Shown here: piece by piece, positions 1-10,531 of the stretch
Numbering within the stretch: the stretch's first letter is position 1
Layout of the letters: every line of letters begins with the position of its first letter
Assembly: GCA_050174015.1 (NCBI GenBank)
Contig: JBFXKG010000008.1
Location: 96,001-160,000, forward strand
Origin: Candidatus Krumholzibacteriia bacterium
GTDB lineage: Bacteria; Krumholzibacteriota; Krumholzibacteriia; LZORAL124-64-63
DNA: 64,000 bases
Direction of reading: 5' to 3'
Notes under the pieces: model-generated
Told to the model about the DNA's origin: nothing
What the model saw: only the letters and a program-made list of their open reading frames with translations
Databases searched by the model: none
Translations under genes and position numbers: made by a program

Positions 1-2
1 AG

Positions 3-1784
3 GACACCCTCTTCGCCTTCAGCAGCCGGGGGGGCGAAACCAACAAGCCCGACGTCGTCGCCCCCGGCTCGGCCATGAGCACCGTGCCCGGGTTCGTGGA
101 CGGACCCGCCCGGTTCAACGGCACCAGCATGGCCTCGCCCCAGACCGCGGGCGGGGTCGCCTGTCTGGTGAGCGCGGCCCTGCAGGAGGGCCTGGACATC
201 CACTGGGGCATGGTCAAGCGCGCGCTGATCGCGGGGGGCCGACCCGTGCCCGGCCTGAGCCTCAACGACCAGGGCGGGGGCCTGGTCAGCGTGCCCGCAT
301 CCTGGGAAGTCCTGAGGGATCTCGCCCGGAGCCGTTCGGCCCACGACGTCCTCTGGTACCGGATCGAGACGGCCTGCCCCTTCCAGTCCGACGGCAAGGC
401 CGAGGCCGCCTACTGGCGCACCCCCGGCGGCGCGCCCCTGGCCCCCGAAGAGGTGACCTTCACGGTCAAGCCGGTCTTCCATCCCGACCTGGATCCGAAC
501 GCCCGCGACACCTTCTTCCGCAGCTTCAGCTTCCGCAGCGAGGCGGACTGGCTGCAGCTGGTTTCGGGCGACCGGTACATCCGGGGGGACATGGGCATGA
601 CCGTGGTCTGCCGGTACGACGGCCGCAAGCTGCCCGCCTCGGGCGCCGCCTCGGCCCGCATCCTCGCGAGCCTGGACGGGGGCGACCTGGACGGTCTGGC
701 GGCCCGGGAATTCTCCCTCTGGAACACGGTGATCCGCGGCGACGCCTTCGGTCCGGACAACGGGTACATGCGGACCTACCAGGGCAAGGACCTGGCCCAG
801 AGCTCCGTCCACCGCTACTACGTGGACGTGCCGCCGGGCGCCTCCGCCATGAGGGTGCGCCTGGAGGCGAGCTCGGACGTCGGATCGTCGCGGGGGGCCC
901 GCGTCCTGACGGAGATCTGCGACCCCGAGGGTCACGTCCACGGCGGGTTCGCGGGGTACGCCTCGCCGGACGAGCATCCGGTCCGCGACCAGACCGTCCT
1001 GGCCCCCGATCTCTTCACCGGCACCTGGGAGATCAACGTGGCCGGCAGCATCACCGCGGCCGACCCGAGCACCTACCGGCTGACCGTTTCGTTCGACGGC
1101 TACGCGGTCGATCCGGCGGTCGTCACCGGACTGGGCCGCAAGGGGACCGGCAAGGCGGCCGGGGCCGATCTCACGGTGACCCGAAGCCTGCCCGGCGTGT
1201 TCAAGGGAGAGGTGGAGGCCGCGGTCCAGGGCTGGCGCAAGGAGCACGAGGTCGAGATCGCGGACACCGACACCTGGACCCTGCCGTTCACCCTGGACGG
1301 CTCCACCCCGCGGGCGACCTTCCGGCTGGTGATGGACGAGAAGGTCGGCAATCTCTTCACCGACTGTGCGGTGAACATCCTCGACGGCGAGGGCAAAACC
1401 GTTCGGGCCGGCGCCTTCGACGGGCTCGAGGCCACCACGGGAGCGTCGCTGCCCCAGGGGACCGATTCCGCCTCGTTCACGCTCCAGGTGGTGGGGGCCT
1501 TCGCCATCGCCGCGGACATGGCCGAATGGGGTTTCGAACTGGAGGAGAAGTACCATTTCGGCCGCCCGGTGAAGGGCGAGGTCAAGACCGGGCGCGGCGG
1601 GCTCGAACTCTACGCCGGGGTGCCGTCTGGGATCTCCCTGAGCTTCCCCGACACCTGGCCCGAGGCCCCGGCGGGGCTGAAGCCCTTCGGCGCGGTGACC
1701 TTCAAGGACCGCAACACCGCCGACCGGCGGCCCGGGGATGCAGGCGGACGCGTGGTGCTCGAGGTTCCGATCGAACTGGAATGA
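3..1784 (+). CDS. S8 (subtilisin-like, TPP-II-like) serine peptidase, 5'-truncated by window
   Basis: Frame is open from the window edge. Motifs FSSRG...KPDVVAPG and catalytic-Ser motif NGTSMASP, followed by beta-rich C-terminal domains. Confidence 0.85.
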   Translation, partial: DTLFAFSSRGGETNKPDVVAPGSAMSTVPGFVDGPARFNGTSMASPQTAGGVACLVSAALQEGLDIHWGMVKRALIAGGRPVPGLSLNDQGGGLVSVPASWEVLRDLARSRSAHDVLWYRIETACPFQSDGKAEAAYWRTPGGAPLAPEEVTFTVKPVFHPDLDPNARDTFFRSFSFRSEADWLQLVSGDRYIRGDMGMTVVCRYDGRKLPASGAASARILASLDGGDLDGLAAREFSLWNTVIRGDAFGPDNGYMRTYQGKDLAQSSVHRYYVDVPPGASAMRVRLEASSDVGSSRGARVLTEICDPEGHVHGGFAGYASPDEHPVRDQTVLAPDLFTGTWEINVAGSITAADPSTYRLTVSFDGYAVDPAVVTGLGRKGTGKAAGADLTVTRSLPGVFKGEVEAAVQGWRKEHEVEIADTDTWTLPFTLDGSTPRATFRLVMDEKVGNLFTDCAVNILDGEGKTVRAGAFDGLEATTGASLPQGTDSASFTLQVVGAFAIAADMAEWGFELEEKYHFGRPVKGEVKTGRGGLELYAGVPSGISLSFPDTWPEAPAGLKPFGAVTFKDRNTADRRPGDAGGRVVLEVPIELE

Positions 1785-1810
1785 CCCGGCAGGAAGCTGA
1801 CGGTTCGAGG

Positions 1811-1840
1811 GGGCCGGTCCTGCGGGACCGGCCCTTTGTT
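1811..1840. terminator. Hairpin terminator between convergent genes
   Basis: GGGCCGGTCC-tgcg-GGACCGGCCC followed by TTTGTT. Confidence 0.6.
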
Positions 1841-3117
1841 CAGCGGTCCGCCAGGCCGCCCAGGATCTCCTGGAGTGCTGCCATGTGCGCGCGGCGGGAG
1901 GCGTGGCGTTCGGCCCAGCGCCGGCAGGCGGCCGATGCTCCCGGGGGCAGGGACGCCGCCTGCAGCAATCCGTTCACCAGGCTCCGGGCATCCCCCGGTT
2001 CGGTCAGACAGCCGGTGACCCCGTCCTCGACGATCTCGGGGATGCCGCCGATGCGGGACCCCACCAGCGGCAGGCCGGAGGCGAGGGATTCCAGGGCCGC
2101 CATGGGGCTGTTCTCGTAGCACTCGCTGGGCAGCACGGTGAACCTCGCCCGGCCCAGCGCCCTGCGCAAACCCTCGCGGTCGAGGGGGCCGAGCAGCTCC
2201 ACCGTCCGCAGCTTCAACAGGGCCAGGTGGGCCTTCAGGTTCTCCAGGCAGGGGCCTTCCCCGGCGATCAGCAGACGCAGCGGCGGAACGGCGATCGTCC
2301 CCGACCGGTGACCCTCCTCCCAGAGGGCCTGGGCGTCCAGCAGGGTGCGCAGGCCCTTCTCCTTCGAGATGCGTCCGAAGTAGAGGTACGAGTCCGGATC
2401 CCCGGCGCGATGGAGTTGATCGGGGTGCCAGGCTTCCAGGTCCACGAAGTTGGGCAGGTGGTGCAGCTTGCGCCGGGGGAATCCCCAGTCCGCGTACTTC
2501 TCGAGGATGAAGCGGCTGGGACACAAGAAAAGGTCCACGTTGTCGGTGTAGAGGCCGCGCGACCTCTGGTGGAAGGTCTCCAGGGCGGCCAGGGCCGAGG
2601 CCGCCACCGAGTCCTTCACGCAGCGGCCCAGGACGGCATGGTGGAAGCGGCCCCCGCGGCACCGTTCGCAGATCTCCCCGCGGCGCAGCATGTGGATGGC
2701 GGGGCAAAGCAGGCGCAGGTCGTGCAGGGTCATGGCCACCGGAACGCCGTGCCGCTCGAGGATGGGGAGGATCGAGGGGCTCAGGTGGTGGTAGACGTTG
2801 TGCAGGTGGGCCACCGTCGGCCGGGACGCCAGGACCAGATCATCGAGCTTGCGGGCGGCCTCCCGGTTCCAGATCAGGGAGGCTGCGTCGCGGAGCCCGG
2901 CGATTCCGAACCGGGGCCGGGTGTAGTCCCGCGCCTGGACGAAGTACCCGGCCCAGGGGGAGGGGCGCGTCTCGGGCTCGGCCATGGTGAACGGGACCAC
3001 CGTCCAGCCGGCCGCGGTCAGATCCTCCTCCTCCTGGACGAGATAGCGGCCGACCCCGCCGGCGGGCCCGCGATCGTGGTAGAACTTGTTGACCAGCAAC
3101 AGGGTCGCGGGCGGCAT
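1840..3117 (-). CDS. Glycosyltransferase family 4 (GT-B)
   Basis: C-terminal part of the 1840..5427 ORF, start MPPATLLLVNKFY. Motifs AHLHN, TLHD, YFGRISKEKG, ENSPMAALE, GGIPE. Confidence 0.9.
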   Translation of the reverse strand: MPPATLLLVNKFYHDRGPAGGVGRYLVQEEEDLTAAGWTVVPFTMAEPETRPSPWAGYFVQARDYTRPRFGIAGLRDAASLIWNREAARKLDDLVLASRPTVAHLHNVYHHLSPSILPILERHGVPVAMTLHDLRLLCPAIHMLRRGEICERCRGGRFHHAVLGRCVKDSVAASALAALETFHQRSRGLYTDNVDLFLCPSRFILEKYADWGFPRRKLHHLPNFVDLEAWHPDQLHRAGDPDSYLYFGRISKEKGLRTLLDAQALWEEGHRSGTIAVPPLRLLIAGEGPCLENLKAHLALLKLRTVELLGPLDREGLRRALGRARFTVLPSECYENSPMAALESLASGLPLVGSRIGGIPEIVEDGVTGCLTEPGDARSLVNGLLQAASLPPGASAACRRWAERHASRRAHMAALQEILGGLADR

Positions 3118-3324
3118 GGTCCACTTTCCTGGGTGTCGCGGGATCTTGGGGCGCAGCCTGGGACCGGCCGATCCCGGTTTCCGGATCCCCAGGGAGCCAT
3201 GATTAACCCGCGGCCAACAAAGGGTCAACCTTTCCCCGCGGCGGCCGATAACAGCTGGTGGAAACGCCGGGTACGCAGGGAGGGGCCCTGGAAGGGCCGG
3301 CCGTGTCGATACGGATAAGGTGGC

Positions 3325-5721
3325 ATGCGGCGACTCTGGAACCAAATCAATTACGGGATCCGCAACCGGGTCTACCTGCGGACCGTACCGGCCTTCCTGC
3401 TGGCTCTGGGGGCGGTGTCGGTCTTCAGCTGGTCCATGTTCACCGGACAGGCGACCCGGACCATGCTTCAGTACCAGATCCAGGAACTGGACACCCATCT
3501 GGAGCGGCTGGCGGCGCGGGCGGCCAGCGAGGCCATGTCCCTCGAGGCCCGCAAATCCGAATTCAGGGAACTCGTGCCCGCCCGCACCGGCCAGGACGCC
3601 GCGGCCGCCTTCACCACCCTGGACGACGACGGGCCGACCACCGACCTGGTGGCGGGACTGGCGCTGCTCGAAGGCCGCGGTCCCCGGATGGGCTGGCCCC
3701 TGGTCATCGGTTTCGCCGAGGGGGATTCGGCGGTCCAGACGGCGAACCAGTCCCACCTGCAGACCTGGCTGAGGGACAACCGCTTCCACTTCCGCCCCGC
3801 CGAACGGCTCATGCGCAACGCGGGAGACCGGGAAACCGCATCCCCCCTGGAGATCGAAGGCTATCGGTGGCACCGGGTCGCCCTGTTCCCGCCCCTGATG
3901 ATCCGGCACCGGATCGCCCCGGCCGAGGACGGCGCTCAGGTCATGTACCGGAGCCTGCTTCCGGTCCTGGTCCAGGAACGGGGAGGTTCCGGCCAGGGTG
4001 GGCGGAACCATGGCGGCCCGCGCGGCACGGGGGACCCGGGTCGGGGTCTCGATGCGGTCTACTTCCTCGATCTCCAGGAGCTGCTGGAATCGGCGGCGCC
4101 CGACCAGTGGTGGTGCGTCCTGGATTCCCAGCGACGGTTCCTGGCCGGATCCGAAGCGACCCTCCCGGTGGGACAGACCCTCGGCGAGGAGTCGGATCAC
4201 TGGGAGCGCACCCTCCAGGACGGGAAGACCGGAGCGGCCCTGAAGGCCTGGCTGGGGGGCGAGACCGGCCTGCACCTCGATTCGCGCGGACTGAAGGCGG
4301 GATCGTGGCTGATCTGCGCCGGGTCCGGCAAGTACCCCTTCATCACCCTGGCGGGTCGGCCGGCGGCGGGACTGCAGGGTTTGATCTCGCGCTACACGCT
4401 GATGGGGCTGGCCGTGGGCGTGGTGGCCCTGGTCCTGGCCCTGCTGGGCCTGACCCGCGTCATCAACGAGGTGACCCGCCGACTGGGCGATCTGGGGGCC
4501 GGCATGGACCGCGTGGCCGGAGGCGATCTCGGCTGCCGCCTGCCCGGAGGCCTCCAGGGGGAACTGGGCGACCTCTTCGGGTATTTCAACGGGATGGCCG
4601 AACACCTCCAGGAAACCCACAAGGTCGCCCGGAAAAACGAGGCCCGCCTGCAGGTCTCCCTGTCCAACCTCCGCCTGCTCGACAAGGCCAAGCAGGACTT
4701 CCTGGTCCTGATCAGCCACGAGGTCAGGACCCCGCTGACGGCCATCATGGGGGGCGTCGACTACCTCAAGTCGACCTTGAAGGGACTGGGGCCGCAGGAG
4801 GAGCAGGTTCTCGCCCAGCTGAACCTCAAGGAGATCCTGACCATCATCGAGAACAACGGGCTGCGCCTGCGCGGGTTCATGAACGACGCCATCCTGATGA
4901 CCAGCATCCAGTCGGCATCCCACCGCCTCGACCGCAAGCCGGTCGCGGTCCGGGATCTCGCCGCCCGGGTCATCGACTCCCTGGGGATGAAGATCAAGGC
5001 GCGCGGGATCCGCCTCAGGAACGAACTGGCCACGCGGGGCGACTGGTCGCTGTTCGGCGAGAGCGAGGTGCTGCGGGTCGTGCTGACCAAGCTCCTGGAC
5101 AACGCGGTCATCCACAACGTGGACGGGGGCGAGGTGGTGATCCGCGAGGTGGATCGCATCCCCGGCCAGGGAACGGTCGAGGAACTGGCCGCGTCCCTGG
5201 AGGCGGGCACGGCGGCCCTGCAGGAGGAGGGGGACGACCTGGAGGTCACCTGGCGGCTGCTGGAGATCCACAACTCCGGAAGGCCGATCCCGCGGGAGAA
5301 ACGCGAGGCCCTGTTCAAGCAGTTCGAGCTCGTGGGGCCCATCGAGAACCACCAGCGGGGCACCGGACTGAGCCTGCCCATCGCCCAGGCCGCGATGCAG
5401 AAGAACGGCGGGCGCATCTTCTGCCACGCCCCGGCCGAGGGCGGCAACTCCTTCTACCTGCTCATGCCGACCGTCGATTCGACCCGTTTCGCGGCCCTGG
5501 ACCGGCGCACCAACCTATGGGACGATCAGGGGCAGGGTGTGGGCCGCCGACCCGGCGACGAAAAGATCCGCCAGATGGGTGATCCCGCCGGGCTCGAGGT
5601 TGAACTCGACCACCGTGGCTCCGGCTCGGCCGGCGACGTTCGCCAGGCCGGCGGCGGGATAGACAGCCCCCGCCGTGCCCACGACGAGGAAGAGATCACA
5701 GCCGGCGGCCGCCTGTTCTGA
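3325..5721 (+). CDS. Membrane sensor histidine kinase (HAMP-HisKA-HATPase)
   Basis: Two TM segments and a HAMP domain; H-box SHEVRTPL, N-box LLDNAV, G2 box GTGLSL. Confidence 0.88.
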   Translation: MRRLWNQINYGIRNRVYLRTVPAFLLALGAVSVFSWSMFTGQATRTMLQYQIQELDTHLERLAARAASEAMSLEARKSEFRELVPARTGQDAAAAFTTLDDDGPTTDLVAGLALLEGRGPRMGWPLVIGFAEGDSAVQTANQSHLQTWLRDNRFHFRPAERLMRNAGDRETASPLEIEGYRWHRVALFPPLMIRHRIAPAEDGAQVMYRSLLPVLVQERGGSGQGGRNHGGPRGTGDPGRGLDAVYFLDLQELLESAAPDQWWCVLDSQRRFLAGSEATLPVGQTLGEESDHWERTLQDGKTGAALKAWLGGETGLHLDSRGLKAGSWLICAGSGKYPFITLAGRPAAGLQGLISRYTLMGLAVGVVALVLALLGLTRVINEVTRRLGDLGAGMDRVAGGDLGCRLPGGLQGELGDLFGYFNGMAEHLQETHKVARKNEARLQVSLSNLRLLDKAKQDFLVLISHEVRTPLTAIMGGVDYLKSTLKGLGPQEEQVLAQLNLKEILTIIENNGLRLRGFMNDAILMTSIQSASHRLDRKPVAVRDLAARVIDSLGMKIKARGIRLRNELATRGDWSLFGESEVLRVVLTKLLDNAVIHNVDGGEVVIREVDRIPGQGTVEELAASLEAGTAALQEEGDDLEVTWRLLEIHNSGRPIPREKREALFKQFELVGPIENHQRGTGLSLPIAQAAMQKNGGRIFCHAPAEGGNSFYLLMPTVDSTRFAALDRRTNLWDDQGQGVGRRPGDEKIRQMGDPAGLEVELDHRGSGSAGDVRQAGGGIDSPRRAHDEEEITAGGRLF

Positions 5722-6258
5722 TTCCCTCATGACCCCGGGATCGATTCCCTCTCCGAACCACACCACTCCGGGACGCAGCAGCCCGCCGCACTCCGCGCAC
5801 AGCGGGGGGATGGGCAGGGGCACCCGGAAGTCCTTGGCTTCGGCCCCGCAGCCGGTGCACCGGACCGTCCAGATGGAGCCGTGGTACTCCAGCACCGTCC
5901 TGCTGCCCGCCGCCTGGTGGTAGCCGTCGACGTTCTGGGTGACGATCACGATCCCGTTGGTGTCCTGCAGCCGGGCGAGGGCCGCGTGGGCGGGATTGGG
6001 CTCCGATCGGTGGATGAGCCCGCGCCGCCAGTCGTACCATCGCCAGACCAGCTCGGGATCCTGCCGGAAGGCCTCCGGGGTCGCGAGCTGTTCGGGCCGG
6101 TACCGGGACCACAAACTGTCCTGGGCTCCGCGGAAGGTGGGGATGCCGCTGGCGGCGGAGATCCCGGCCCCGCTGAGCACGGCGATGCGGGCTCCCGCGG
6201 CGATCCGTTCGCGCACGGCCTGAAGATCCTGGTGATTCGGGCCTGCCGGTGGCATCAT
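5515..6258 (-). CDS. cobB: NAD-dependent protein deacylase (sirtuin)
   Basis: GAGISAASGIPTFRG, TQNVD, HGS, two CxxC pairs, RPGVVWFGE, YxxR motif; SD-like AAAGGGG before the ATG. Confidence 0.92.
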   Translation of the reverse strand: MMPPAGPNHQDLQAVRERIAAGARIAVLSGAGISAASGIPTFRGAQDSLWSRYRPEQLATPEAFRQDPELVWRWYDWRRGLIHRSEPNPAHAALARLQDTNGIVIVTQNVDGYHQAAGSRTVLEYHGSIWTVRCTGCGAEAKDFRVPLPIPPLCAECGGLLRPGVVWFGEGIDPGVMRESEQAAAGCDLFLVVGTAGAVYPAAGLANVAGRAGATVVEFNLEPGGITHLADLFVAGSAAHTLPLIVP

Positions 6259-6347
6259 GTCCCCTTTCCAGTGAATCCCGCCGGGCGTCAGGACGACGAT
6301 CGGCATCATAACCCGCCGTCGGCGGCGGGTCCACCGGGGCGGCGAGC

Positions 6348-7271
6348 GTGACCAGACGATCCATCTGCAGTCGATCCGGCGTGTTCCGGGCGGGTCCGGC
6401 CAGGGCGGCCGTGCTGGTCCTGGTCCTCGTGGCCGCCGGGGCGGCCGCGGCCTCGTCCCCACCGTTCATCCATTTCCACTTCGAGTCCGAGGGCGGACGG
6501 GAAGCGGCCCTGAAGTGCGGGGAGATCTGGCGCGCCGAGGGCCCCCGGCTGGCTGCCCTGATTCCGGCCGGGGTCCGCGCCGACACGGTGCACTGCCTGG
6601 TCCTGAACACCGGAGAGTTCTCCCGGCGCTTCGGCGACCGGTTGCCGGACTGGGGGGTGGGCGTCGCCATGGGCGGCGGTCTGGTGGCCCTGGACTACGC
6701 CCGGATGCCCGCCGTCGGCCGAGGCCTCCGGGAGGTGTTCCTGCACGAGATGACGCACGCGATCCTCTTCCAGGTCGCGGGGGAGGCCTGGTTGCCGGCG
6801 TGGTTCCACGAAGGGACGGCCATGCAACTCTCCGGCGAGTGGCGGTTCTCGGACACCGTGTCCCTTATCCTCGACGGTCGGGTTCCCGATCTGGCCCGCC
6901 TGCAGGGACGCTGGCCCGGTCTCGAAACCAGGGCCGACCGGGCCTATCGGGCCAGCCTGCTGGGTGTCCAGCGGCTGTTGACGAGGTTCGGTCCGGACGT
7001 CATTCCCCGCATCCTGGCCGCCACCCGCGAGGCCGGGGACTTCGCCGACGGGTTTCTGGCCGCCACCGGCGAAACTCCAGCCGCCTTCACCGGGGATTTC
7101 GCCGCTGCCATGCGCCACCGGTACGGCTGGATCACGATCCTGACCCGCTGGCCGGGCCTGTTCGTGATCATGGCCCTGATCCTGGTCTTCGGGGCGGTGA
7201 GGAAGATCTTCCTGACCCGGCGGCGCCTGGCCGCCATGGACGATGAAGATTTTTCCCCCCCGGAAATTTGA
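6348..7271 (+). CDS. Peptidase MA-like zinc metalloprotease, membrane-anchored
   Basis: Signal-like N-terminus, HEMTH plus downstream WFHEG (gluzincin pattern), C-terminal TM helix. Confidence 0.7.
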   Translation: MTRRSICSRSGVFRAGPARAAVLVLVLVAAGAAAASSPPFIHFHFESEGGREAALKCGEIWRAEGPRLAALIPAGVRADTVHCLVLNTGEFSRRFGDRLPDWGVGVAMGGGLVALDYARMPAVGRGLREVFLHEMTHAILFQVAGEAWLPAWFHEGTAMQLSGEWRFSDTVSLILDGRVPDLARLQGRWPGLETRADRAYRASLLGVQRLLTRFGPDVIPRILAATREAGDFADGFLAATGETPAAFTGDFAAAMRHRYGWITILTRWPGLFVIMALILVFGAVRKIFLTRRRLAAMDDEDFSPPEI

Positions 7272-7463
7272 GCCCGCCATCGTTGCAGACTGCACTGAGG
7301 ACTACGGGAAATCCTTGCCCCCTGCAGTCTTGTCCGGGCGGGGCTCGCAGGGGTGTCTTTGAACCCCGTTCCGACATTCGAAATCAATTCGAAACCTCTT
7401 GAAATTGAACAGTCTAGAATTAATCTGGAGGACTCCGGGGGGGCGTGGCGGGTTCCGCACGGG

Positions 7464-7479
7464 TGGCATCCCCATTGCT
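7464..7479 (+). promoter_or_regulatory. Putative sigma-54 (-24/-12) promoter
   Basis: TGGCATCCCCATTGCT fits TGGCAC-N5-TTGCW with exact GG-N10-GC spacing. It lies about 55 nt before the 7533 start, with an AT-rich tract upstream. Confidence 0.5.
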
Positions 7480-7532
7480 TCAACAGGGAGGCGGGGTGGG
7501 ATCGGAACCCTCCACCCGCGGAAAGGTCAAGG

Positions 7533-8174
7533 ATGTTCGGGATGATCAAAAGACATGGTGTGGTGGCCTTCGGTCTGGGCGCGCTGGTCGCGGCGGTGGC
7601 CGCCCAGGCGGCGGTCCCGGTGCTGATCGAATGGGAATCCTGCCCCGACGAAGGATTCGTCCTGAAGGCCGGCGGGGAGACCGTCCAGTACGGGATCATG
7701 CTGGGCAGGGAGGACGGCAGCGAGGAGCTGGTGGCCATGACCGCCGACACGCTCTACACCCTGCGAATCGATCCCGGCAGCACCGTCCGGGTCTGCGTCC
7801 AGGGACTGGACGCCGAGGGGAATCCCACCGTCCGCAGCGAATGGTCCGAACCTCTGCTGTTCAAGTCGGACGACGAGATCCCCGGTGGGGGCCCCTTCCT
7901 CCAGCCGAACTTCCCCAATCCCTTCAATCCCGCGACGACCCTGACCTACCTGATCCCCGAGGATCTGAAGCCGGGCGCGCCCGTGAGGATGGAGGTCTTC
8001 ACGGTCCGGGGGACGCGGGTCCGCACGCTGGACCTGGACCGGTCGCCGGGCTGGCATCAGGTCCGCTGGGACGGAACCGATGACGAGGGACAGAGGGCGG
8101 CGTCGGGAACCTATCTGGCCCGGTACCTCGTGGGAGCCATGGTGGAGACCCGGAAAATGGTCATGTTGAAATAG
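7533..8174 (+). CDS. Secreted protein with FlgD-Ig-like C-terminal domain
   Basis: Signal peptide (AQA-A), short FN3-like domain, then NFPNPFNP...WDGTDDEGQRAASGTYL. Confidence 0.75.
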   Translation: MFGMIKRHGVVAFGLGALVAAVAAQAAVPVLIEWESCPDEGFVLKAGGETVQYGIMLGREDGSEELVAMTADTLYTLRIDPGSTVRVCVQGLDAEGNPTVRSEWSEPLLFKSDDEIPGGGPFLQPNFPNPFNPATTLTYLIPEDLKPGAPVRMEVFTVRGTRVRTLDLDRSPGWHQVRWDGTDDEGQRAASGTYLARYLVGAMVETRKMVMLK

Positions 8175-8278
8175 GTCCAGGGGCGCCGGTGCAACCGGCG
8201 CTTTCCCTTCGGCCCGATAATGCCTAAATTAGCCCCTCGTATCGCCACGGGGGGCTTTGGCTTTTTCAGAGGATTGCA

Positions 8279-10531
8279 ATGACCGAGACGAACGCCCAGG
8301 GGCCATCCCTGATCAAGCTGGGGAAACTGGCCAACAGCAAGGAATTCGAGAAGCTCGAAGGGCTCTGGCTCGAGGCCCTCAACCAGACCGGTTACACCTG
8401 GCGGGAATTGTTGCCCATCGCCGGCCAGGTCGGGCGACAGGGCGCGGCAGGGCGGGCCGACACCCTGCTGGAAATGCTCATCGGCTGGGTCGAGGAGAAC
8501 CGGGGGCCGGCGCAGGCCCTCGAGGCCGTACGCAAGGCCGCCGACCAATTGCCCGGCGGCAGGGGGATCCGCGGGAATCTCAAGCGGCTGTTCCTGCTCC
8601 AGAACGACAACGATCCCGAGCTGGCCGATCTGGCGGATCTCCTGCTCGAGAGAGAGCAGCAGCTTGACACGGTCGTCGCCACGCTGGAACTGTACTCGAA
8701 GCTGCGACCCGGCTGTTACGCATCCGCTCCGGATTTCCTGATCCCCGGCATCGTGGAGGAATTCACCGGTTCGGCCGGCCGGGTGCGCCTGCGTTTCGGG
8801 GACCGCCGTGCGGAGTACGGCGCCCTGACGGTCCAGCGCCTGGTGCCCCGTTCACCGGATCACTTCCCCTCCCTCGTCCTGTACGATCCATCCCGGCTGC
8901 GGGATGTGGCCCGGGACGATCCCTGCGGTTTCATCAAGCTGGCCCTCAATTCCAACCGGGAGCAGCGACTGAGCTATCGCGACCTGAAGCAGACCGTCAC
9001 GGACCTGCTGGGAGAGAAGGGATGGCGCGACTGGTGGAAGGCCGCCAAGCCCGCCCTGAAGCGCGATCCCCTGATCGGGATGAGCGAGGGTTCCCAGCCT
9101 GTTTTCCGGCTCATGCGCCAGGAGGAACGCTACGAGGACAAGCTCCGGCGGGAATTCGACTACGCCAAGAACGCCCATGAGCGCCTGTTGAAGGTGATGG
9201 CCTATCTCGACGAGATCGGCCGCGAGGAACGCAACGGCAGCTGCCGGGGTTGCGCCGACGAGGAGTTGCTGCTGTATCTGGGCAACGGGGCCGCGAAGAG
9301 CGCGGTGGCCTGCCTCCAGGACCAGCAGCCGGTTCTCGCCCTGGCCGGTCTGGCCATCCATGCCGAGGTGGCGGCGCGCGGAGTGGCGGTCGCCCGGCCC
9401 AACCCCCGGGCGGCCAGCCAGGTGCTCGCCCGGATCAAGGATCCCGGCGTCCTGGCCACCGAACTCGGCGAAGGCCTCCTGAACAGGGTGCTGGCCTACC
9501 TGCGCGACGCCATGCCGGAGGACTGGGGCAAGGTCTGGGCCTCGGTCCTGGCCCGGGCCGGCAAGCGCATGTGCGACGTCATCGCCAAGGGCCTGCTGGA
9601 GGGGGGGCAGCAGGAGGTCCTGGCCGCCGCGCTGCAGGGCGCCGTCGAGCGGCCCACCAACAGCCCCGACCTGCTGGGCTGGCTGTGGCGGACCCGGTTC
9701 ACCTCGGGACCCGCCGGCCAGTTCCTGGCGGGGATCGAGGCCTTGCCCGCCGCCAAGGTGGCCGACGCCATGTTCGCCCTGCTGGATTCGATCGGCAAGC
9801 TCTATGGCATGTCCCTGGACGAGAAGCACCTGAAGGTTCTGGAGGCCGGCAGGTCCGCCCTGGCCACCCAGAACAACCGGCCCCTGCTGGCGGTCATCGA
9901 CGCGGCCGACCGGGTCGAGGCCCTGCGTCTCAAGGGGATCATCAGCGGCAATTCCGGGCTCAACTCCGCCCATCGGGCCCAGCTCCTGGGTTACCTGCGC
10001 TCCAAGCACGCCGATCTGTTCGTGGAGATCACGCGGGAATGGGAGGAACCAGGCACCATCTACACGACCGAACCGGGTCTGCGCCGCCAGCAGGATGCGC
10101 TCAAGTTCATCATCGAGACGGAGATCCCCCAGGTGGCTCGCCAGATCGGCGAGGCCGCCAGCTTCGGGGACCTCAGCGAGAACAGCGAGTACACCGCCGC
10201 CCTGGAGAAGAGGGACCAGCTGGCCAGCCGCGCCACCCGGATGCAGGCGGAACTGGACATGGCCAAGACCATCTCCCACGACATGGCCGCCAGCGATTTC
10301 GTCAACATCGGCACCCGGGTCACCGTCCGCCTCCTGCCCGATGGTCCCGAGGAGGTCTACACCTTCCTGGGTCCCTGGGATACCGACGTGGAGAACCGCA
10401 CCCTGAACTACCAGGCGCCCCTGGCCCAGGCGTTCATGGGCGCCAAGGCGGGGCAGGTGGTCGGGTACGGCCAGGGGGAAGAGGGCCGGCAATGGGAGAT
10501 CGTCGCGATCGAACCCGCGCCGGGGATCTGA
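8279..10531 (+). CDS. greA: GreA/GreB-family transcription elongation factor with long N-terminal extension
   Basis: The C-terminal ~155 aa carry GDLSENSEY, IGTRV, LGPWD and PLAQAFMG, after a ~590-aa helical extension. Confidence 0.8.
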   Translation: MTETNAQGPSLIKLGKLANSKEFEKLEGLWLEALNQTGYTWRELLPIAGQVGRQGAAGRADTLLEMLIGWVEENRGPAQALEAVRKAADQLPGGRGIRGNLKRLFLLQNDNDPELADLADLLLEREQQLDTVVATLELYSKLRPGCYASAPDFLIPGIVEEFTGSAGRVRLRFGDRRAEYGALTVQRLVPRSPDHFPSLVLYDPSRLRDVARDDPCGFIKLALNSNREQRLSYRDLKQTVTDLLGEKGWRDWWKAAKPALKRDPLIGMSEGSQPVFRLMRQEERYEDKLRREFDYAKNAHERLLKVMAYLDEIGREERNGSCRGCADEELLLYLGNGAAKSAVACLQDQQPVLALAGLAIHAEVAARGVAVARPNPRAASQVLARIKDPGVLATELGEGLLNRVLAYLRDAMPEDWGKVWASVLARAGKRMCDVIAKGLLEGGQQEVLAAALQGAVERPTNSPDLLGWLWRTRFTSGPAGQFLAGIEALPAAKVADAMFALLDSIGKLYGMSLDEKHLKVLEAGRSALATQNNRPLLAVIDAADRVEALRLKGIISGNSGLNSAHRAQLLGYLRSKHADLFVEITREWEEPGTIYTTEPGLRRQQDALKFIIETEIPQVARQIGEAASFGDLSENSEYTAALEKRDQLASRATRMQAELDMAKTISHDMAASDFVNIGTRVTVRLLPDGPEEVYTFLGPWDTDVENRTLNYQAPLAQAFMGAKAGQVVGYGQGEEGRQWEIVAIEPAPGI

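Noticed and set aside
3118..5427. 1195-aa glycosyltransferase fusion
   Set aside because: The N-terminal ~770 aa are the antisense shadow of the histidine kinase; the real GT4 starts at 3117.
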